Part shown: in pieces, positions 25,838 through 34,410 of the stretch
Layout of the letters: each line of letters begins with the position of its first letter
How positions within the stretch are numbered: position 1 is the first letter of the stretch
IMG/VR virus record: IMGVR_UViG_2526164598_000023
Length of the DNA stretch: 38,064 nt
Source of the DNA: a virus
Lineage: Duplodnaviria; Heunggongvirae; Uroviricota; Caudoviricetes
Strand: one strand, 5' to 3'
Notes under the pieces: model-generated
Databases searched by the model: none
What the model saw: only the letters and a program-made list of their open reading frames with translations
What the model was told of the DNA's origin: nothing
Made by a program: the position numbers and the translations under genes

Positions 25838-27032
25838 CCGAATAGTAAGACTTCATGCAGTGAATCAAGTACTGCATGAAGTCAAGGGCTGGTTTTGTGT
25901 ACCAAAAATAAACAGTGATAGCGGTAATAATTCCCATAACTAGAACACCACGTATAATCCAGAACGTACGTTTCTGCGTGTCTAGTCGCGCAGAAATACT
26001 GCTAAATACACCAGCCACGTCATCTTTAATGAAGGAATATTCCTTATTAATCTGTTTTTCTTTGTATTCAATTTCTTCGCCTAAGGCCTTTATAGATTGC
26101 ATCTGGTTCGAAAGTGCCAGCCAGATTAACGTTGCAGCAAAAATGCATCCCAGAAGAATTATTGTGTTTGTTATCCCTTGGCCTGACCATTTCGTAGCCA
26201 CTTTGAATTGGGTAGCTACGATAACAGAGGCAACAGGAATGCCAAGTATATGGTTCTGGATATCTGAAAACGCTTTGTGGATTTTACCCATTTCTTCGAC
26301 TTTTGCAGCACGCAGTTGATCCATTACTTTGTCATAAGAGAATCCAGAAGAGTAGATACGATACCCTTTCAGAAACTTTTCATGCAGACGCTGAATATTG
26401 TCCAGTAAATAAGCGAATACTAGAGGTGAATCAATTCCATCACTAACTGCTTGGATACTTTCAATCAGAATATCTAGCTTCTGATCCTTATGGGTATCAT
26501 CATTGAAACAAGCTATAAGGTTATCAAGATACTCTCTTTGCAAATTTTGTACATTTTCTGCAGCGAAGTGCGGTAATAGCTTGATAACTTCTTTTTTCAG
26601 AAAAACTAACTGACAAGTTGAGTTATCAAAGTAGGCCGCGGCCTCTTTTAGCAGGTTAACGAACTCGAGAATCTTCCGGTAGTTGCTGATGAAAACGGGG
26701 ATATCTTCATCATCATTACGAAACTTTGTTTCTAGGATGAAGTAATTAGCTGGCTCAAGGCACTGATGCTTTGGAGCATTTAGCAATTTTTCATGGGTGG
26801 AAAACACAAGTCCCAGTCCACTCCGTGGTGACGTCACACGTAGGATGATCGTGTTACCTGGAGCGATAGTGCCTGTATCAATAGAAAGACCATATTCACG
26901 AGGATCATCAAGCAAAGTATCAACCAGATCACAATCGGACTGATCTAAGAGCAACAGCGAACCGACACGAAACCCCTCTTGGAATTCCATACGACGATAC
27001 AGATCTGTCAGCATCTCAAATGAAATCGCCAC
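25827..27032 (-). CDS. Membrane protein with soluble N-terminal domain and two C-terminal TM helices, 401 aa
   Basis: GTG start at 27030-27032 two nt after the upstream stop, with a GAGG RBS (alternative ATG at 27014). TM helices ITNTIILLGCIFAATLIWLALS and FWIIRGVLVMGIITAITVYFWY; AT-rich codon usage. Confidence 0.65.
   Translation of the reverse strand: MAISFEMLTDLYRRMEFQEGFRVGSLLLLDQSDCDLVDTLLDDPREYGLSIDTGTIAPGNTIILRVTSPRSGLGLVFSTHEKLLNAPKHQCLEPANYFILETKFRNDDEDIPVFISNYRKILEFVNLLKEAAAYFDNSTCQLVFLKKEVIKLLPHFAAENVQNLQREYLDNLIACFNDDTHKDQKLDILIESIQAVSDGIDSPLVFAYLLDNIQRLHEKFLKGYRIYSSGFSYDKVMDQLRAAKVEEMGKIHKAFSDIQNHILGIPVASVIVATQFKVATKWSGQGITNTIILLGCIFAATLIWLALSNQMQSIKALGEEIEYKEKQINKEYSFIKDDVAGVFSSISARLDTQKRTFWIIRGVLVMGIITAITVYFWYTKPALDFMQYLIHCMKSYYSVKS
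25849..25883. repeat. Perfect 13-bp inverted repeat with 9-nt spacer
   Basis: GACTTCATGCAGT-gaatcaagt-ACTGCATGAAGTC, 12 nt past the methyltransferase stop and inside the last codons of the convergent 401-aa gene, at the boundary where composition becomes AT-rich. Confidence 0.7.
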
Positions 27033-27034
27033 GA

Positions 27035-28042
27035 TTAAACCTCAGTCATCCACATTTCCCTAAATTCTTCAGGTACATTACGTAGGGTGATAATATTTGT
27101 TTCCGGATCATAATCAATATAGCCTTCAGTTTTCCCTTCCCGGTCAAACTTAAGTTCCCAATATTTAGACTTGCCTTTAAAAGATACCAGAGCCCGAATG
27201 ACTCGACCATCAGGAACGAAGCCATCCGATAACTCCAACTCTTCAGCAGCAAGTTTACCAGATAACTCCTCGGGAGCCTGGGGCCAAATGGCATTAACAA
27301 GGGTTTCAAGACTAAGTGGTTCACCAGCCTTACTTAGTGCATGTAAGTGTTCAAACGCACTCTTAAGAAATGCATCTTTTTCAGCGCCGTCAAGTCCTTT
27401 CTCTGCCGCAAATGCTTTTAAAACGTCACGTAACTTTTCAGACTCTCGTTTGGCGATTAAGACATCATTACAGCCGAGGAACTGTTTAAAATAGTTTGAA
27501 ACATTACCTTGCCCCTTAAGAAAACTGATATAGCGCTCTGCGCCACTTTCCCACGCGGTTAAGTCAATGCGCCCAGCCATACGCAGCTTAGCAATATCAA
27601 GATAGGTACTATCTTGGATGTTAAAATCATCTGTGACAGTGGATCCAATGGTAGCGCTTACAATAGCTATCAACAGGTGTTCATTGTGTCCTATCACGAT
27701 ATTTGCAAAAAGAACATAACCACCAGTAGCCATGTTTTCTCGCTGAGAACGTTCCGTCAGGTGATGCATCATTCGGCAGGAACTTTGGTAGAAATCATCA
27801 ACACCTTCGAGAAAGTCCCCAGCCATTCGTTCCATAGGATAGTTATCCGTATCGCCTTCAAAATAGCCATAACCTTTACCTGTGCGTCCTGCATATTTTG
27901 CACAAATATCGTTTATAAGGCGCTGGGAGGCTTCAGTAACTAGACCTTCTTCAGGACTCAATCTCTCAGAAGCGTCTCCATTTTGTTGTTTGTCTAAAAT
28001 GTGAACTACAACGTGTTTAACTTCAATGGTCTGCTCAGACAT
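27035..28042 (-). CDS. NdpA/YejK-like nucleoid-associated protein homologue, 335 aa
   Basis: Segments GGYVLFANI..HLLIAIVS, YLDIAKLRMAGRIDLTAWESGAERYISFLKGQ and the C-terminal YIDYDPETNIITLRNVP resemble E. coli YejK as I remember it; same length (335 aa). ATG 28040-28042 with AAGGTGGA RBS. Confidence 0.65.
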   Translation of the reverse strand: MSEQTIEVKHVVVHILDKQQNGDASERLSPEEGLVTEASQRLINDICAKYAGRTGKGYGYFEGDTDNYPMERMAGDFLEGVDDFYQSSCRMMHHLTERSQRENMATGGYVLFANIVIGHNEHLLIAIVSATIGSTVTDDFNIQDSTYLDIAKLRMAGRIDLTAWESGAERYISFLKGQGNVSNYFKQFLGCNDVLIAKRESEKLRDVLKAFAAEKGLDGAEKDAFLKSAFEHLHALSKAGEPLSLETLVNAIWPQAPEELSGKLAAEELELSDGFVPDGRVIRALVSFKGKSKYWELKFDREGKTEGYIDYDPETNIITLRNVPEEFREMWMTEV

Positions 28043-28112
28043 TAGCTATCCACCTTATTTTTTATTGCTTAATGGCAAATAATTTCTGCTATATGTTCTC
28101 GTTAGGAACACA

Positions 28113-28520
28113 TTAACCCACATTTTTTAACCGCTCAATCGTTGCGGATAATTCCTTCAGTTGTTTTTCCATCTCAATCACACGCTGTTTTTCTTCAGCG
28201 CCTCGCATGAGATCTCGCCGAACCTCAGGATCTAACTGGTTTAGAAGTTCAAGCATTTTAAGGTCTGACGGGCTGAATTGATGTTGTGTTGGTACAGCAA
28301 CAATTTCTTTAGATGGAATATGTTCTTTACCGGTAAGTAGCCAATCGATCGATACACCCAAATGGGTGCTTAGCGCAACAAGAGCCTCTGCGTTTGGTTC
28401 TCTCTCTCCACGCAAATAGTTTTGAAGTGAGCGATATGGAATTTTTGATAAGTTAGATAATGCCTTTATTGTCATGCCATTAGCATCCATCACTTCACGC
28501 AATCTCTCTTTTGTACTCAT
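28113..28520 (-). CDS. Phage repressor, HTH (XRE-like), 135 aa
   Basis: Start moved to ATG 28518-28520 (MSTKERLREVMDANGMTIKALSNLSKIPYRSLQNYLRGER), an HTH; divergent from the ner-like gene. Confidence 0.7.
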   Translation of the reverse strand: MSTKERLREVMDANGMTIKALSNLSKIPYRSLQNYLRGEREPNAEALVALSTHLGVSIDWLLTGKEHIPSKEIVAVPTQHQFSPSDLKMLELLNQLDPEVRRDLMRGAEEKQRVIEMEKQLKELSATIERLKNVG

Positions 28521-28539
28521 TTGAACATATCTCAATTTG

Positions 28540-28559
28540 ACACACTCATTTGGGTGTGT
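28540..28559. promoter_or_regulatory. Candidate operator dyad ACACAC-N8-GTGTGT in the repressor/ner divergent region
   Basis: 6-bp inverted arms separated by 8 nt, centred between the two divergent starts. Confidence 0.3.
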
Positions 28560-28608
28560 ACAATAGACCCAATAGAGTACATCATAACCTAACAGGAACA
28601 CGGTGCAT

Positions 28609-28833
28609 ATGAACAAACAACAAGTTCGGGCACGGCTGGTTGAACGAGGCAGTAGCTTGCGCCAGTTCGCGCTTAACGCGGGCTATGAACCACGAACAGT
28701 CACCCAGGCAGTCAGTCGCTGGGCTGGTAAAAGTGAACTACCTCGCGGTCGTTTGACTTATCGGATTTTGCGAGATCTATCGGTTGCAATAGGTAAAGAA
28801 GTTACCCCCGGTATCCTTAAGGAGGCGTCATGA
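28609..28833 (+). CDS. ner: Ner-like DNA-binding protein, 74 aa
   Basis: MNKQQVRARLVERGSSLRQFALNAGYEPRTVTQAVSRW... matches the Mu Ner family; ATG 28609 with AGGAA RBS (the track start at 28603 is GTG). Confidence 0.7.
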   Translation: MNKQQVRARLVERGSSLRQFALNAGYEPRTVTQAVSRWAGKSELPRGRLTYRILRDLSVAIGKEVTPGILKEAS

Positions 28834-29138
28834 ATAAACCAAATACATCAAGCTCAGGTACCCGTATTTTGCGCGTTCTTAAGGCCTTACGTGGCCACGC
28901 TTTGAACGGTGTTTCTAACGGGGAACTAGCGGTTGCACTGCACGAATCACCGGCAAACATCAACCGGGCACTTAACACGCTCATTGAAGAAGGGTTGGCT
29001 CTGAAACTAGAAAACGGGCGTTTCGCACCAGGCATCCAGTTGCTGCAGATCGCCATGGCCCACAGTAACGAGATGGCACGTGCACAGGATCGCATTAACG
29101 AAATCAACCAACGTGTTATTTCAGGTAGTCGTTTGTAA
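28830..29138 (+). CDS. Winged-helix DNA-binding protein, 102 aa
   Basis: ILRVLKALRGHALNGVSNGELAVALHESPANINRALNTLIEEGL resembles a MarR/IclR-type wHTH. Confidence 0.5.
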   Translation: MNKPNTSSSGTRILRVLKALRGHALNGVSNGELAVALHESPANINRALNTLIEEGLALKLENGRFAPGIQLLQIAMAHSNEMARAQDRINEINQRVISGSRL

Positions 29139-29148
29139 GGAGTAATCA

Positions 29149-30060
29149 ATGGGACGCACCAAATCACCGGTTAGCACTGAACTGAACGTCGAGGTACCGC
29201 TGTCGGATGATCTCAATGTCAGTCTAAACGCCATGACACAGCATCGCATGGAAATCATGCAACAGTTCGGCGATGGTCTGCCCTATGAGCGCGATCGTGT
29301 TGTCCATGAGGCACGCTTTTATATGGCACAGAGCGCTGAGGCCATGCTGGAGGCAGGTAAGCGGCTGATAATCCTTAAGGAAAATGAACCACACGGGGAG
29401 TTTATAAAGATTCTTGAAAGTGAGTTGGGGCTGGCATACCGGACATCTGTGAGAATGATGCAAGCATCGACAAAATACTTATCCCCGGCGCTGAAACCAA
29501 ATGTGCCAACGTTGGCACATTTGGGAAAAGCCAAACTTTTCGAATTAATGACAGAAGACGACGAAGAGCTTGCCGAACTGGCCGACGGCGGCACAGTTGC
29601 CGGCCTGACGCTTGACGACGTTGATCGCATGTCAGTACGTGAATTGCGTCAGGCCCTGCGCGAAGCGCGCGAAACCAACGCAGCACAACAGCGCGTACTC
29701 GCTGACAAAAATGAAAAAATAGACTCACTCTCCACCAGACTGGAGAAGAAATCCCGTATTCAGCCGCCTGAGCCTGATGAAGAGGTTAAGAAGCTGCGGG
29801 CGGAAGTGACAGCATTAGCGGTTGAGGCGGAATCTGCTATCGCCGTTCGACTGTCCAGCGCTTTTGAGACGCTGTGCGCATATTGTGCTGAAAACATGAT
29901 TGATACCCCCAGAGACTTCATGGCAGGCCTGGTCTGTCAACTGGAAAGCACAGCGCGTAGCCTGCGCTCCACATTTGACCTGCCGGATGAGCCAACAGGC
30001 AATGCCGCGCCTTCATGGCTGACTGAGCCGACGCCACAGATTAACGGGCTGGAGGCATAA
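29149..30060 (+). CDS. Hypothetical protein, 303 aa
   Basis: ORF between the wHTH gene and the transposase; no recognised catalytic motif. Confidence 0.5.
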   Translation: MGRTKSPVSTELNVEVPLSDDLNVSLNAMTQHRMEIMQQFGDGLPYERDRVVHEARFYMAQSAEAMLEAGKRLIILKENEPHGEFIKILESELGLAYRTSVRMMQASTKYLSPALKPNVPTLAHLGKAKLFELMTEDDEELAELADGGTVAGLTLDDVDRMSVRELRQALREARETNAAQQRVLADKNEKIDSLSTRLEKKSRIQPPEPDEEVKKLRAEVTALAVEAESAIAVRLSSAFETLCAYCAENMIDTPRDFMAGLVCQLESTARSLRSTFDLPDEPTGNAAPSWLTEPTPQINGLEA

Positions 30061-30063
30061 CCA

Positions 30064-31833
30064 ATGAATGCTGCCCTGACTGAACGACTGGTTTATGTCG
30101 CCCGCGCGGCACGTGACGCGGGGCATGGTAAACGCGGTGCAATATACGACGCTGCCTGTGCTGAACTTGGCATGTCCCGCGCCACTCTGCTGCGCAGGCT
30201 GAAGGAGGTCTCTGTGACTGATAAACGCAAAAAACGCGCTGATGCCGGACGCAGCGCCCTGACCCGCGACGAAGCCGCGCTGATATCTGCCACACTGCGT
30301 GAGGCCACCCGCAAGAACGGTAAGCGTCTCTATTCCATCGCGGATGCAGTGGAAACCCTGCGGGCTAACGGCTTTATCTCCGCAGGCAGAACAGATGAAA
30401 CCACCGGTGAGTTTTTCCCGTTGTCCGAAGATGCCATCAGTCGTGCCCTGCGTAACTATGGCCTGCACCCGGAACAACTGGATGCTCCTGCGCCGCATAC
30501 CGAAGTGGCCAGTCTGCATCCCAATCATGTCTGGCAGATTGATGCCTCGCTCTGCACGCTTTACTACCTGAGCAATGGACACAAAGGGCTGCAGGTGATG
30601 GACAGCGCGAAGTTCTACAAGAACAAACCCGCTAACCTTGCCCGTATCGCCAGTGACCGCGTGTGGAGTTACGAGATTACCGACCATGCCAGCGGCTGGA
30701 TTTACGTTGAGTATGTGACGGGTGCGGAATCCGGTGAGAACCTGTGTTCTGTGCTTATCAACGCCATGCAGGAGCGTGGCGGCGCAGACGTGCTGCACGG
30801 CGTGCCAAAAATACTCTATCTCGACCCCGGTTCGGCAAACACCGCGGGTATGACGAAAAACATGTGCCGCTCACTGGGCATTGACCTGATAGCGCACAAG
30901 CCGCATAACGCCCGCGCCACCGGACAGGTGGAAAAGGCGCGTGACATTATCGAACGCAAGCTGGAGCCGGGTCTGAAGTTCCGGCCGGTTCACAGTCTGG
31001 AAGAACTCAACGCGCTGGCCGCGAAATGGCGCAGCCACTTTAACGCCACGGCTGTTCACAGCCGCCACGGTAAAACCCGCACGGATATCTGGCTGAAGAT
31101 TACTGCTGAGCAGCTGAAAAAAGCGCCTTCCGTTGAGGTATGTCGTGAACTGGCTGTGGCGGCACCAGAACTCCGCAAAGTCACGCCAAAACTTCGTGTC
31201 TCGTTCCGGGGCACTGAATTTGACGTATCAACGGTACCGGGCGTACTGGTCGGTGAAAAACTGATGATTACCCGTAACCCGTGGCGCAGCGATGTGGCAC
31301 AGGTGGTTCTGACCGGTGAGGACGGCCACGAGACGTTCTTCCTGGTCGAAGAGGTCAGAAAGAACGAGTTTGGCTTTGCTGAAGGCGCGGCGGTATTTGG
31401 CGAAAGTTACAAAGCCCTGCCGGAAACCCCGGCGCAGATGGCGGCAAAAGAAACCGAAGCGCTGGTCACCGGTACAGACAACGCCGCAGATGCAGCTGCC
31501 GCACGCAAGGCGAAGGCGCTGCCGTTCGGCGGGCGGCTTGACCCGTATAAACATATTGATGACGCCACACTTCCGGCCTATATGCCGAAGCGAGGTCAGG
31601 CCTCTGACGTACGCGGACCGCGCACTGAACAGCGTCCCATGACTCATGTGGAGGCCGCGAAAGCCCTGCGCGGGAAGTTCAGCGCCAACGGCCTTACCTG
31701 GACGCCGGAACATTACCGCCAGTTAACGGCACAGTACCCGGACGGCGTACCGGAAGCCGCACTGGATGAAGTCATGGCCACGCTGACCACGCCGGCCCGC
31801 AGCAGTGTTATCAGCATTGTTAACGGCAACTGA
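30064..31833 (+). CDS. DDE transposase (Mu A-like), 589 aa
   Basis: Candidate DDE residues in HVWQIDAS, ILYLDPGSANTAG and ATGQVEKARD; N-terminal HTH-like region; followed by an AAA+ gene. Confidence 0.8.
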   Translation: MNAALTERLVYVARAARDAGHGKRGAIYDAACAELGMSRATLLRRLKEVSVTDKRKKRADAGRSALTRDEAALISATLREATRKNGKRLYSIADAVETLRANGFISAGRTDETTGEFFPLSEDAISRALRNYGLHPEQLDAPAPHTEVASLHPNHVWQIDASLCTLYYLSNGHKGLQVMDSAKFYKNKPANLARIASDRVWSYEITDHASGWIYVEYVTGAESGENLCSVLINAMQERGGADVLHGVPKILYLDPGSANTAGMTKNMCRSLGIDLIAHKPHNARATGQVEKARDIIERKLEPGLKFRPVHSLEELNALAAKWRSHFNATAVHSRHGKTRTDIWLKITAEQLKKAPSVEVCRELAVAAPELRKVTPKLRVSFRGTEFDVSTVPGVLVGEKLMITRNPWRSDVAQVVLTGEDGHETFFLVEEVRKNEFGFAEGAAVFGESYKALPETPAQMAAKETEALVTGTDNAADAAAARKAKALPFGGRLDPYKHIDDATLPAYMPKRGQASDVRGPRTEQRPMTHVEAAKALRGKFSANGLTWTPEHYRQLTAQYPDGVPEAALDEVMATLTTPARSSVISIVNGN

Positions 31834-31843
31834 GGAGGAAAAC

Positions 31844-33010
31844 ATGCTGGTACTGAAGCAGCAACTGAAAGAGGCCCGTATTTCACAGGCGGTGGTGGCG
31901 AGAGCTGTCGATGTTTCTGAGGCCACGCTGGCCCAGATTGTGAATCATAACGCGTGGCCCCGCACCAGCCCCGGAGAAGTGCGCCGGCGTCTTGCGTCCT
32001 GGCTGGAAAGTCAGGGGATTGATACAGCGAAGAGTTTTGATGCTGTACAGGGCGCGGCCACGCCCCGTACATCGGGTACCACAGATAAAACGAGCCTCAG
32101 TGAGGAAGAGAATATGTTACTCAAAAAACAGGTGTTATTTCCAGCAACCAAAAAAGCGTTTGGTCTTTTCCGTGACCCGTTCGCCGACGAAGCCATGCAG
32201 GGTTCTGATGATGTGTTCACCACCCCGGACATTCGCTACGTGCGTGAGGCGTTGTACCAGACAGCACGTCATGGTGGGTTTATGGCCGTCATCGGTGAGT
32301 CCGGTGCGGGTAAATCCACGCTGCGCCGTGACCTGACTGAACGTATCAACCGCGAGAATGCGCCAGTGATTGTTATCGAGCCATACATCATCGCTATGGA
32401 AGACAACGATGTGAAAGGGAAAACTCTGAAGGCAGCAGCGATTGCCGAAGCCATTATCAGTACCATCGCACCACTGGAAAGCATCAGACGCAGTCAGGAC
32501 GCCCGCTTTCGCCAGTTGCATCGCGTCCTGAAAGACAGCAGCCAGGCGGGGTTCAGCCACGTTCTGGTGATTGAGGAGGCCCACAGTCTGCCCATTCCGA
32601 CACTGAAACACCTCAAACGCTTTTTTGAGCTGGAGTCCGGTTTCAAAAAACTGCTGTCCATCGTGCTAATTGGTCAGCCGGAACTGGCGACAAAACTGTC
32701 TGAACGCAATATGGAAGTCCGTGAAGTCGTTCAGCGCTGTGAGGTGGTCGAACTTCTGCCTCTGGACAATAACCTTGAAGAATTTCTGACGTTCAAACTG
32801 CAACGGGCCGGTAAACAACTGACGGACATTATGGACGCCAGCGCAGTGGATGCCATACGTGCCCGCCTGAGCAATCCGGGAAGTCATCGTAAAAATATGG
32901 TCAGCCTGCTGTATCCGCTGGCCGTCAGTAACCTGGTAATAGCCGCCATGAATCTGGCTGCTGAAATCGGGGTTCCACAGGTCAACGCTGACGTTGTCAA
33001 AGGGGTTTAA
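31844..33010 (+). CDS. Transposition ATPase (MuB-like AAA+), 388 aa
   Basis: Walker A GESGAGKST and Walker B VLVIEEAH; start placed at ATG 31844 with GAGGAGGA RBS. Confidence 0.8.
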   Translation: MLVLKQQLKEARISQAVVARAVDVSEATLAQIVNHNAWPRTSPGEVRRRLASWLESQGIDTAKSFDAVQGAATPRTSGTTDKTSLSEEENMLLKKQVLFPATKKAFGLFRDPFADEAMQGSDDVFTTPDIRYVREALYQTARHGGFMAVIGESGAGKSTLRRDLTERINRENAPVIVIEPYIIAMEDNDVKGKTLKAAAIAEAIISTIAPLESIRRSQDARFRQLHRVLKDSSQAGFSHVLVIEEAHSLPIPTLKHLKRFFELESGFKKLLSIVLIGQPELATKLSERNMEVREVVQRCEVVELLPLDNNLEEFLTFKLQRAGKQLTDIMDASAVDAIRARLSNPGSHRKNMVSLLYPLAVSNLVIAAMNLAAEIGVPQVNADVVKGV

Positions 33011-33012
33011 TA

Positions 33013-33282
33013 ATGAAATCCACCACAGGTATCAACCAGCAAATCAGCAAAGTGCAGTCAGCCATTATGGCGCTTAAGGCGACGAACACGGATGTACAAA
33101 GCATCACCATCAGGGGGAACAAACCTGTCATCCGCGTTTCCCGGAGTGCGCATTGCATGCGCATGCTTGAGCAGGGAAAGGCCTGTTATCTGTATACCGG
33201 ACATGACCACAGGGGATATTTCCGTCAGGGCGTTTTCGAACTGCACGGCTGTCGCGTCGTGTGGCCGGAATCTTTGTGGTAA
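33013..33282 (+). CDS. Hypothetical protein, 89 aa (position equivalent to Mu kil)
   Basis: ORF immediately after the B-like gene. Confidence 0.4.
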   Translation: MKSTTGINQQISKVQSAIMALKATNTDVQSITIRGNKPVIRVSRSAHCMRMLEQGKACYLYTGHDHRGYFRQGVFELHGCRVVWPESLW

Positions 33283-33309
33283 TCAGCACAACCGGAGAAA
33301 TCATAAAAA

Positions 33310-33840
33310 ATGGCAAAAAGTACAAAAGGTGCAAAACGTATCAAGGCCGCAGCAGCACTCTGGGTGCCGGGGACACGTGAAGAGGTCATTGAGGGCATCA
33401 GACTGCTCGGTGACGCACACCGTGAACTGGTCAGGGCTGAAACAGAAATGAATGACGCCATTGGCGATATCACCGCACGTTATGCCCCGCTCACCGAGAG
33501 CCTGAAAAAACGCATGGCCGAACTGCAGTCCGGTATTCAGACATGGTGTGAGGCACACCGTGATGAACTGACCGGCAACGGGAAGGTGAAGTTCGCTAAC
33601 CTCACCACCGGCGAGGTGCAGTGGCGAAACCGTCCGCCATCAGTCAGTATCCGTGGGGCGGATAATGTTATTGAATTACTGAGACGTCTGGGGCTTGAGC
33701 GCTTTATCCGTGTAAAGGAGGAAATAAATAAAGACGCTATCCTGAATGAAAAGGACGCCGTGAAAAATATTCCCGGTATTACCATAAAAAGTGATATTGA
33801 GGATTTTTCAATAATTCCTTTTGAGCAGGATGTGCAGTAA
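33310..33840 (+). CDS. gam: Host-nuclease inhibitor Gam (Mu Gam-like), 176 aa
   Basis: Mu Gam-like length; the sequence MAKSTKGAKRIKAAAALWVPGTREEVIEGIRLLGDAHRELVR fits the family. Confidence 0.8.
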   Translation: MAKSTKGAKRIKAAAALWVPGTREEVIEGIRLLGDAHRELVRAETEMNDAIGDITARYAPLTESLKKRMAELQSGIQTWCEAHRDELTGNGKVKFANLTTGEVQWRNRPPSVSIRGADNVIELLRRLGLERFIRVKEEINKDAILNEKDAVKNIPGITIKSDIEDFSIIPFEQDVQ

Positions 33841-33937
33841 ACACACCACGTTAATTATTTAATAAAAACATTTTCTTTTTTATTCCGGCGTCAGCGCCGT
33901 GGGCTTCTGCACGCCGGAAACAGAGGAGAATTAAATT

Positions 33938-34132
33938 ATGATATTTAAATGTATTCAGTGCGAGAGGGATATAACAGCCCTGCGTTTTCACAGCGCCATC
34001 GCCGTGATGTCCGGTAAATACCACATCCCTGCGGTACGCGTCACCCTGGTCTGCCCGTACTGCAGCCAGCATTTTTCGGCAGACGTGCCCGTCATGGAAT
34101 TCTCCCGCCCTGACAGGGAGGACTCGCAATGA
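33938..34132 (+). CDS. Small zinc-ribbon protein, 64 aa
   Basis: Two Cys pairs: CIQC and CPYC. Confidence 0.45.
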   Translation: MIFKCIQCERDITALRFHSAIAVMSGKYHIPAVRVTLVCPYCSQHFSADVPVMEFSRPDREDSQ

Positions 34133-34401
34133 TTACCCCACAGGAAGCACGACAGCGCACCCGAACCCTTGTTGAACACTATGTCAACGAGTGTGAATGC
34201 CGCGACCTCACCGATGTGAAGCACGTCCTGACGGCGCTAATCAGCATGACCGCTCAGGCCATTGTGGCGACCAACGGAAAGGCGGCTGCCCTGCAGGTAC
34301 TGGTGAACACACTAACCCACACGGCAGCGCATGAGGTGCCGTACCGGATGGAAACCACTGCAGAAGGCGGTCTGCACATCACCGTCAGCCGGAATCACTG
34401 A
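34129..34401 (+). CDS. Hypothetical protein, 90 aa
   Basis: ORF with overlapping stop/start to its neighbours. Confidence 0.45.
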   Translation: MITPQEARQRTRTLVEHYVNECECRDLTDVKHVLTALISMTAQAIVATNGKAAALQVLVNTLTHTAAHEVPYRMETTAEGGLHITVSRNH

Positions 34402-34410
34402 GGGCGCAGC

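Noticed and set aside
27035-28042. Possibility that the NdpA-like gene is the host chromosomal yejK
   Set aside because: It lies inside the prophage between the repressor and the methyltransferase, is markedly AT-rich, and the host flank here is mtr; I treat it as a phage-borne paralogue.
30013-30798. Minus-strand ORFs antisense to the early genes (for example 30013..30798, 31228..31713, 34617..35375, 35889..36299)
   Set aside because: Same reasoning: embedded in the transposase, Gam, DUF2786-like and GemA-like genes and without independent support.
33882-33928. Stem-loop TTCCGGCGT...ACGCCGGAA between gam and the zinc-ribbon gene as an intrinsic terminator
   Set aside because: The T-run precedes rather than follows the hairpin on the plus strand and the loop is long (19 nt); more likely part of an AT-rich promoter region or incidental.
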